DNA from: Octopus vulgaris
Taxonomy: Eukaryota
Reading direction: 5' to 3'
NCBI GenBank assembly: GCA_951406725.2
Contig: OX597834.1
Coordinates: forward strand, 22,816,001 to 22,880,000
DNA: 64,000 bases
Position 1 is the first letter of the stretch; each line of letters starts with the position of its first letter. Below the pieces are notes generated by a model. It did no database searches, was not told where the DNA came from, and saw only the letters and a program-made list of their open reading frames with translations. Positions 55,140-64,000 of the stretch are shown here, piece after piece. The translations under genes and the position numbers were made by a program.

Positions 55140-56921
55140 TCAGTTATAAGGCTTTTCTCTTGTATGAAGATCCCTGTGTCTAGTGAAGCTGCCAGTGTCA
55201 GATAGTGATTTGCCACAGATATCACAAAGATAAGGCTTCTCTCCTGTATGAATACGTTTGTGCTTATTTAAGTCACTACTTTGAGAGAATGATTTATCAC
55301 ATATATCACACTGATACGGCTTCTCTCCCGTATGTACACGAATGTGTGTTGTCAAGTAACTACTTCTAGAGAAGGATTTACCACAGATGTCACAATTATA
55401 TGGTTTCTCTCCTGTATGAACTCGTTTGTGTCTAGTTAAATCACCATTCTGTGTGAATGAATTACCACAAATATCACAGTGATATGGTTTTTCCCCTGTA
55501 TGAATGCGTTTGTGTCTAGTTAGGAAACTTCCTTCAGAGAAAGATTTACCGCAGATATCACAGTGATATGGTTCCTCTCCTGTATGAATTCGTTTGTGTC
55601 TTGTTAACTCACTACTTTGAGAATATGATTTACCACAAATATCGCAGTGATATGGTTTTTCTCCTGTATGAATACGTTTGTGTTTAGTTAAATCCCCATT
55701 TCGAGAGAATGATTTACCACATATATCACAACAAAATGGCTTCTCTCCTGTATGAGTCCGTCCATGCCTAGTAAAGTCACTACTTCCAGAAAAGGATTTA
55801 CCACAGATATCACAGTGATATGGTTTCTCCCTTGAATATTCTTGAGCAGTTGATTTACCTGAGTGTAACAATGATTTACCACAGATATCAGTACAATTCT
55901 GCTTGTCTCCAATATGAATGCGTTTGTGTTTAGTCACTTCTGAATTTTGAGAAAATGATTTACCACAGATATTACAGTGAAATGGTTTTTCTCCTGTATG
56001 AATACGTTTATGTCGAGTTAACTCACTACTTTCAGAGAATGATTTGCTACATATATCACAACAGTATGGCTTCTCTCCTGTATGAATTCGTGTGTGTTTT
56101 GTTAAATCTCCAGTTTGAGAGAATGATTTACCACATATCTCACAGTGATATGGCTTCTCTCCTGTATGAATACGTTTATGCTTGGACAAGTCTCCATTTC
56201 GAGAGAAATATTTACCACAGATATCACAGTGATAGGGCCTCTCTCCTGTATGAATGCGTTTGTGTTTAGGTAAGTTAGATTTTCGAGAGAATGATTTACC
56301 ACAGATATCACAGTGATATGGCTTCTCACCTGTATGAATACGTCTGTGACAAGTTAAGTTACCACTATGGGAAAATGATTTACCACAGATATCACAGTGA
56401 TATGGTTTCTCTCCTGTATGAATAAGTTTGTGCTTAGCTAAGACATATGGATTTGAGAAGGATTTATTGCAGATGTTACAGCGATATGGTTTCTCCCCTG
56501 TATGAATGCTTTTGTGAAAAGTTAAACGATTTCTTTGAGAAAATGATTTATCACAGATGTCACAGTGATATGGTTTGTCTCCAGTATGAATACGTTTGTG
56601 AGTACGTAATGCAGTACTATGGGAGAATGATTTTCCACATACGTCACACTGATATACTTTTATTCCTGTATGAATGCGTTTGTGAATAGTTAAGACATTT
56701 CTTTGGGAAAATGATTTACCACAGACATCACAGTGATATGGTTTTTCCCCAGTATGTTTTCTTTTGTGAGTAGTTAGGACACTTTTTTGAGAGAATGACC
56801 TTTTAAAGATATCACACTTGTATGATGTTTTTCGTATCTCTTCCACCATCTCATCAGCAAAATTATTTGTTTGTGGCTCAGTTTTAATCGTAATTGGTTC
56901 TTCATAGAATTTACTCTCCAT
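55140..56921 (-). CDS. C2H2 zinc-finger protein 6 (18 intact plus 2 degenerate fingers, 593 aa)
   Basis: Tandem C2H2 array. Confidence 0.92.
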   Translation of the reverse strand: MESKFYEEPITIKTEPQTNNFADEMVEEIRKTSYKCDIFKRSFSQKSVLTTHKRKHTGEKPYHCDVCGKSFSQRNVLTIHKRIHTGIKVYQCDVCGKSFSHSTALRTHKRIHTGDKPYHCDICDKSFSQRNRLTFHKSIHTGEKPYRCNICNKSFSNPYVLAKHKLIHTGEKPYHCDICGKSFSHSGNLTCHRRIHTGEKPYHCDICGKSFSRKSNLPKHKRIHTGERPYHCDICGKYFSRNGDLSKHKRIHTGEKPYHCEICGKSFSQTGDLTKHTRIHTGEKPYCCDICSKSFSESSELTRHKRIHTGEKPFHCNICGKSFSQNSEVTKHKRIHIGDKQNCTDICGKSLLHSGKSTAQEYSREKPYHCDICGKSFSGSSDFTRHGRTHTGEKPFCCDICGKSFSRNGDLTKHKRIHTGEKPYHCDICGKSYSQSSELTRHKRIHTGEEPYHCDICGKSFSEGSFLTRHKRIHTGEKPYHCDICGNSFTQNGDLTRHKRVHTGEKPYNCDICGKSFSRSSYLTTHIRVHTGEKPYQCDICDKSFSQSSDLNKHKRIHTGEKPYLCDICGKSLSDTGSFTRHRDLHTREKPYN

Positions 56922-57513
56922 AATTATTATTCCTTAAGCACTGCTTTGGTTTATATTTCGATCAACTGTAAATCGTTTTTGAAGTATGGAGATACCACAA
57001 ATTCTTTGTAAATATTTCCAAGTCTATTCCAGACAATGAAGTAGAATTTTGCTGATAATCTCAGTTCACAAGAAATATTTCACACCAATTCAAACATAGA
57101 TTTATACACGCAAGTTGTATTTTGTGAGCCCAATACCTTCCTCCAGTCTTTAAAAGTTGATAAATATTGTCCATGCATCGGATATTTCTGAAATAATAGA
57201 GAAAGTTTAAGTAAAAGGGGGTATTTAAAAGTAGGCACAGCATTGGAAGATTTACTACATTTCTATATTGATAAACTGGAGATATAAACATTTATATGGA
57301 CAATCTAGGTTTACTTCAAATATACATATTTTCAAACTACAGTTACATCCTAAAGCTGTGTAATATGTCAGCTTAGAGAAAGTAGTTGTAGATAGACGTA
57401 AGTAAAGCCTTATCAAGGCCCGTAACTCTCAAATTATTACACAAGTATGATGACACCACTAGCAATAAACAATTTCACTGAAAATATATCACAACACAGC
57501 AACACCTGATTCT

Positions 57514-57578
<65 letters not shown>

Positions 57579-58191
57579 CACATATATATATAAGCAACCC
57601 AATAGTAGTTCGTTACATTCTTCTGTTGGTATTTTTATAGCCCTAGGTCAGTACTGACTGAGCAGACTTGTGACCAAAGATTGTTTTTAGGGGTGTCACG
57701 AATTTTATGACTAAACATTAACCAAATTAAGAATACAATGAAAAGAAGAAACAAAACACCGATAATATCAAGAAATCAGCAACAAAAAATACCCAATATA
57801 AATCCTTTCAAGAAGGCTTGAAACTTTGGGGAGGGAGCTAGTCGATTACTCGACTTGTACTTAATTTATCGACCCCGCAAGGATGAAAGGCGGGGTCTGC
57901 CTCGGCTGAATTACCTAGTACACCTCGTATAAATAACAGCCAATATCAGGAAGACAGTGATAGTGGACAAATGTATTACTGAAGCGATAATTAGTATTTA
58001 TATATATATATATTTATTTTTTATAATGTTATATACATACATATATAACATTATAAAAATATATATATAACATGATGTATAAATATGATTACCTTTCTAT
58101 CAGCATCTATCTCACGCGAAATAATTTCTTTACAAATATGTAATTTAATTATGCGTATAATTACAGTAATCTTCGGCTTAAAGTGTCTGTA

Positions 58192-58216
58192 GTCAATATC
58201 CGGTTGAACATGCGCA
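58192..58216 (-). promoter_or_regulatory. Conserved ZNF upstream motif, unit 6
   Basis: GTCAATATCCGGTTGAACATGCGCA. Confidence 0.75.
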
Positions 58217-61200
58217 TAATGACTTCGGACACGCAACAAGTAAATAAAACAATATTCTGTCTATGACATCGACATTCATCACATACTTGTAGACTGTGTG
58301 TCTCTTTCTCTCAGACAGAATTAGGAGGAAAAATAGGCAATCTCTCGCTTTTGGTCTCAGACTTGCGATGATTGTTTGTTAATTTTTGTAAAATGTTTTA
58401 TTTATTTACTTTTGTTTTCGTGACGTGTAGAAGGCGACATTAGAAGTCGGAGAGAAGTGAAACACATTCGCACAATGTGTTTTATATGCATTTATGTATG
58501 TAGGTGTGCGTGCGTGCGCATGAGCGTGTTCAGCTCTATGCATTTGTATTCACTCACACACTGCTCCACAATAAATATGTTATGTATGTACGTGTGTATG
58601 AAAGATAATGGTTGTACGTGTGTGTGTGGGTGTGTATGTTTCTGTTCTGCTTTCAATTATTTAAATTCTTCTGAATCAGAAACTGATTTCCAACAAAGAT
58701 AGAAAGCAGGGTCGTTGGAAAGTGCATAATAAAAACAATGTCGCATTTTAAACTTGAGAAAAGCCTTGCAAATTTATAATGTGCAAGTTATGTATGTGTG
58801 CGTGTGTGTGTATGCATGCATGCATGTATGTGTTTTGTGCATCTCTGTGTATGTGGCTAGGGTTCCTTCTTACCTACTTAAATCTATGGAAAATCCGGAA
58901 ACTTTGTTGTGTGTGTAAAATCCAGGTTAGCATGCACTTCTCTGTTTTAGAACAGTTGAAGTAAACTTACGAACCGAAATCGATGTCCAAAAAGCCGTAT
59001 TAATGATAACAGACGATTTATTATTATGTTTTCTTTGGAATAAAATATCATTGTTTGTGTGGTAGTAATTTTTTCTTTCTTCCACTTCCTCTTCATACAC
59101 TATGATTATCTCTCACTACCCTGCTCACTGCATCATTGGTTTCCCCACCCACCACTACCTTCTTGGTTATACTCTGCCACATATATTATGACCTCCACAC
59201 CTTAGAGGGTATACTCTGGTGCTTGCTAGCATTTATCTTTCTCTTCCTTACTCTGCCCCAACCCCGTTCCTTGTGAGTACACCCTGGCACTTCACCACCA
59301 TATCTCTTTGTCTCCCACTCTCTGTTCCCCTTGCTTTTTACTCTGGTTGCATCAGCATGTATCTCCTCTACAGCAGAACACCTGCTTCTACTCTCATTCT
59401 TAATCCTTCTCTTGCATTACCCTCTAGCTAGGTAACCATGTATCTCCTCTACAGCAGCATACCTGTTTCTTTGTTGTTAACTCTCTCTCTCTGGCTGGGT
59501 AACCATGTACCTCCTCTACAGCAAGACACCTGCCTCTGTGTCTCTCTAACCTTTCATCATCTAACACAAGATCACCTCCTCTAATGCACCCTCTTTACTC
59601 AAAGATGCCTTGTCTTGCAAGATGCTTGGTGACCCTGTCTGTTCTGGTGCCACATAAAAAGCGTCCAGTCCATACTGTAAAGTGATTGGCATTTGGAAGG
59701 GAATCCAGCTGTAAAAAACCATGCCAAAACTGACCTCGCTTGTGCTGGTGCCATGTAAAAAGCACTCTATAGGGTGGTTAATGTTAGGAAGGGCATCCAG
59801 CTGTAAAAGCTTTGCCAAAACAATTAGAAGTCTGATGCAGTCTTGTGCCTGGTCAGCTCTTCTCAAACCATCCATCTTATGCCAACATGGAAGGTTAAAT
59901 GATGATGATCATCATTTAAGTTTAAGCAGCAAGAAGTAATAACTTAGGATTAAATACAGTAAATATTCATAAAGGCAAAAATATTCAAAAATGAACAATA
60001 TTAAAAATATCTCTATGTTCCATAAAAATATAAATTCCTCAATAGTTTGAATGTAATGTAAGATAATCTGACATTTTTTTGGTAAATTTATTTGCAAATA
60101 TAACAGAGATGCAGCATAAGATAATGTAATTTAATTCATTATTTCTTTGGTAATAATCTTTTCCTTCCTTATCAGGTAAATTAGCATCAATTTTCTGTTA
60201 TCTTTTTCTTTATTGGTAATCATCATTGCTTTTGTTGCTTTATTACTATTGTTGTTGAATCTAAGGTCACCCTAGTTTAATGAACCTTATGAACAAAGGG
60301 ATATTACCCATGAACATTCCTTCTTTTCTATATAGTTCAAGGACAACCTTATCAATGTTTTCTTTGTCTTTCAAAATGGTAGGAAATTAGGCTAAGAAAT
60401 CACATTTAAAACTTGTTTCCAAAATAATGTGAATGGTGAAAATGTATGTGTATAGACACAGGGTGTACAAGATATTTGAGGACAGATTTATGTTTATAAA
60501 AAAAAACAGGTATATAATAACAGATAACTTTATTTACCAAAAAATACTATGAGGATAAAAATAAACCTTCTTTTTTATAATGTTATTCAATAAAGTCACC
60601 TTCAGCTTCAACAACTGCTTCTATATGAGATCTAAATCATCTACATGTTAATAAATAGCATATTATCTCAGACAGTGGTAGTTATCCATGTTTCAATAAA
60701 ATAATGTTGCAATGGTAATTTATCACAAATGTCAGTTATATTTTGATGTTTATGAATATATTTGTCTCTTTAAGCTCCCTGTTTTAGAGAATGATTTGCC
60801 ACAAACATCAGTGTTCCTCTTTTGTATGGATATGTCTGTGTTTAGTTAATTTGAGTTTGAAAACTATTTATGTGAGGTATCACATATGACATATATTACC
60901 CACCTTATGAATGCACTTATATTTAGTTTAATGACTTTGATGAGAGAATAATTTACTACAAATGTTAGTGATATGGCTTGTCTCTTGTACGAAAACATGT
61001 CTGTATAAATCAGGCATTTCCATGGGAAACAGATTACCAGTATGAATGTGTTTGTATATGGTCAAGACATTTTTATGATAGTATCTCAAATATCACAGTG
61101 ATATGGTTTCTGTCACATGAATGTTTGTGAGTAGTTAAGTTAACAATCTGTGAGAATGATTTACCACATACCACTGTAATATGGCTTCTTTTCTATGTGA

Positions 61201-61274
61201 ATACATTTGTGAATGGTTCCTGTATAGTTATGTTTGTATTTAGTTGAATGACCTGGGTTTAAATATGATTTACC

Positions 61275-64000
61275 TCAGACACCACCGAGACAAGGTTTCT
61301 CTCTTGTATGAATGTGCTTGTGTGTTTTTAAGTTACCTGCTTGAGAGAATGATTTACCACATACATCACACTGATATGGCTTGTCACCTGTATGAATACG
61401 GCTGTGCACAGTTAAAGCATTTCTATAAGAGAATGATTTATCACAGATCTCACACTGATGTAGGTTTTCTCCTCTGTGGATATGTTTGTGTTTAGTTAAC
61501 TGTCTTCTGTCAGAGAAGGGTTTCCCACAGATATTGCAGTTATATAACTTCTCAGTTGTATGTACACATTCGTGTCTAGTTAAGACTTCTTGAGAGATTG
61601 ACTTACTGCAGACATTACAGTGACTTGGCTTCTGTTCTGTATGAATTTGTTTGTGTATTGTTAAGAGACTCCTACAGGAGAATGATTTACCACAGATATT
61701 ACAGTGATATGGCAACCCTCCACTATGAGTCAGTTTGTGCTTTGAGTAGTGACCAGGATCAGAGAATGATTTACTGCAGATATTACAATGATATGGTTTC
61801 TCTCCTGTGTGAATGCGTTTGTGAGTAGCTAAGTTACCTGCCTGAGAGAATGATTTACCACAGATATCACACTGATATGGCTTCTCACCAGTATGAATGC
61901 GTATGTGTATAATTAAGGCATTTCTATGAGAAAATGATTTACCACAAATATCACAATGATATGGCTTCTCTGTTGTATGAATGAGTTTGTCTGTAGTTAA
62001 GTCAGTTGCAACAGAAAAAGATTTACTGTCGTTATTACAGGAATATAGTTTTTCTCTTTTGTGAATGTGTTTGTGAGAAGTAAAGTTATCAGTTTGAGAG
62101 AATGATTTATCATATACATTGCACTGATTTGTTGTCTCTCCTGCATGACTACACATGTGTATAGTTAAAGAATTTTTACAAGAGAAGGATTTACCACAGA
62201 TATCACAGTCATATAGCCTCTCACTTCTATGCATATGTTTGTGTCCAGTTAAGGCGCATTTTTGAGAGAATGATTTATTACAGATGTCACAATAATATAG
62301 TTTTTCTCTTCTATGAATCAGTTTGTGTTTAGAGAAGTCACCTGGGTCAGAAAATGACTTACTACATATCTCACAATATGGTTTCTTTCCAGTATGAATG
62401 TGTTCGTGAGTAGCTAAGTTACCTGCCTGAGTGAATGATTTACCACAGATAATACATTGATATGGCTTCTCCCCTGTATGAATGCGTATGTGTATAATTA
62501 AAGCAGTCCTTTGGTAAAATGACTTACCACAGACATTACAGCGATATGGTTTCTCTCCTGTATGAATGCGTTTGTGAGAAGTGAAGTGAGCTAGATGAGA
62601 GAATGATTTACCACAGATATCACAGTGATATAGTTTCCTTTTCTTATGAATGAATTTGTGAGTTGTTAAGTTATTAATCTGAGAAAATGATTTACCACAG
62701 GCATCACACTGATATGGCTTCCTTCCAGTATGAATGCGTTTGTGAGAAGTCAAGTTACCAGCTTGTGCAAATGATTTTCCACAGATGTCACAATGATGTG
62801 GTTTCTCTCCAGTATGAATGCGTGTGTGTATAATTAAGGCTTTTCTACGAGGGAATGATTTACCACAAATGTTACAAGGATAGGGCTTTTCTTCTGTATG
62901 AATGTGTCTGTGAGTCTCTCCTATATGAAATTGTTTGTGAATAGTTAAGTTACTGATTTGAGAGAATGATTTACCACATACATCACAATGATATGGCCTT
63001 TCCCCTGTATGAATACGTTTGTGTATAGTTAGGGCATTTTTATGAGAAAATGATTTACTACAGATATCACAGTGATGTTTGTGTATGGTTAAAAAAATTC
63101 TGTGAGGGGATGATTTACCACTGTATTCACAGGGATATAACTTGTCTTTATGTATATATTTATGCTTTGTAAACTGACCTGGGTCAGAGAATGATTTACC
63201 ACAGACATCACAGTGATATGGTTTCTCTCCAGTATGAACATATCTGTGAGTGGTCAAGTTACCAGCCTGAGAGAATGATTTACCACAGATATCACACTGA
63301 TATGGCTTCTCTCCTGTATGAACACGTTTGTGTATAGTTAAGAGATTTCTTTGTGAGAATGATTTACCACAGATATCACACTGATATATCTTTCCTTCTG
63401 TATGAATGATTTTGTGTTTTGCTAAGTAACTTGGTTCAGAGAATGATTTACTGCATATATCACAGTGATATAGTTTCCCTCCTGAATGAATACGTTTGTG
63501 AGTAGATAAGTTGCCAGCCTGAGAGAATGATTTGCCACAGATATCACAAGGATAAGGTTTCTCTCCAGTATGAGTGCGTTTGTGTATAGTTAGAGCATTA
63601 CTATGAGAAAAACATTTGCCACAGATATCACAGTGGTATGGCTTCTCTCCTTTATGAATATGTTTGTGTTTAGTTAACTCACAACTTTCAGAAAATGATT
63701 CACCACAAATATCACAGTGATATGGTCTCTCTCCTGTATGAATGTTGCATTGTTTATTTAAGATATTTTCCTGCAAGAATGATGTGTCACCAACATCGCA
63801 CTTATATGGCTTCTCTTGTTTATGAAAATACATGTGTTTAGTCAAATCTTTATTTCTAGTGAATGATTTCTTACAGATTTCACAAAGATATGGTCTTTCT
63901 TCTTTATGAACATATTTGTGACTTGCGAAGCTACTTTCTTGAGTGAATGACATTTTACAGATATCACAGTGGTACAATATTTTTCTTGTATCTTTCAAAA
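61275..64000 (-). CDS. C2H2 zinc-finger protein 7 (>900 aa, about 30 finger units, some degenerate); 5' end outside the window
   Basis: Frame is open to the window edge; the TTG at 63998 aligns within the paralogues' N-terminal leader. Confidence 0.9.
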   Translation of the reverse strand, partial: LKDTRKILYHCDICKMSFTQESSFASHKYVHKEERPYLCEICKKSFTRNKDLTKHMYFHKQEKPYKCDVGDTSFLQENILNKQCNIHTGERPYHCDICGESFSESCELTKHKHIHKGEKPYHCDICGKCFSHSNALTIHKRTHTGEKPYPCDICGKSFSQAGNLSTHKRIHSGGKLYHCDICSKSFSEPSYLAKHKIIHTEGKIYQCDICGKSFSQRNLLTIHKRVHTGEKPYQCDICGKSFSQAGNLTTHRYVHTGEKPYHCDVCGKSFSDPGQFTKHKYIHKDKLYPCEYSGKSSPHRIFLTIHKHHCDICSKSFSHKNALTIHKRIHTGERPYHCDVCGKSFSQISNLTIHKQFHIGETHRHIHTEEKPYPCNICGKSFPRRKALIIHTRIHTGEKPHHCDICGKSFAQAGNLTSHKRIHTGRKPYQCDACGKSFSQINNLTTHKFIHKKRKLYHCDICGKSFSHLAHFTSHKRIHTGEKPYRCNVCGKSFYQRTALIIHIRIHTGEKPYQCIICGKSFTQAGNLATHEHIHTGKKPYCEICSKSFSDPGDFSKHKLIHRREKLYYCDICNKSFSQKCALTGHKHMHRSERLYDCDICGKSFSCKNSLTIHMCSHAGETTNQCNVYDKSFSQTDNFTSHKHIHKREKLYSCNNDSKSFSVATDLTTDKLIHTTEKPYHCDICGKSFSHRNALIIHIRIHTGEKPYQCDICGKSFSQAGNLATHKRIHTGEKPYHCNICSKSFSDPGHYSKHKLTHSGGLPYHCNICGKSFSCRSLLTIHKQIHTEQKPSHCNVCSKSISQEVLTRHECVHTTEKLYNCNICGKPFSDRRQLTKHKHIHRGENLHQCEICDKSFSYRNALTVHSRIHTGDKPYQCDVCGKSFSQAGNLKTHKHIHTREKPCLGGV

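Noticed and set aside
63990-64000. TTG start for ZNF7
   Set aside because: Window-edge artefact; paralogues begin ~25-30 codons further upstream

Overview
AT-rich, repeat-dense animal genomic DNA. An octopus/coleoid cephalopod origin is likely; this is inferred from the [17 protein letters not shown]-type C2H2 arrays, the SINE families and the microsatellite load, and is not verified. The left ~20 kb holds a single intact replication-dependent histone H1 gene (8763-9311) among decayed transposons (CR1-like, CRE-like, Penelope, RTE, Tc1, pogo/Tigger, mariner, Helitron). It also holds a partial duplication of the H1 3' region containing an intact 181-aa chimeric ORF (15928-16473), made of a mariner transposase DNA-binding region joined in frame to a histone H1 tail. 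The right ~43 kb is a head-to-tail cluster of seven minus-strand C2H2 zinc-finger genes; the seventh runs off the window edge. The six complete units share a ~25-bp upstream motif, a short non-coding first exon and a conserved intron. All seven have decayed fingers beyond the stop codon. Several palindromic repeats carry minimal hammerhead-ribozyme-like motifs. All calls were made by eye without database searches, and repeat boundaries are approximate.
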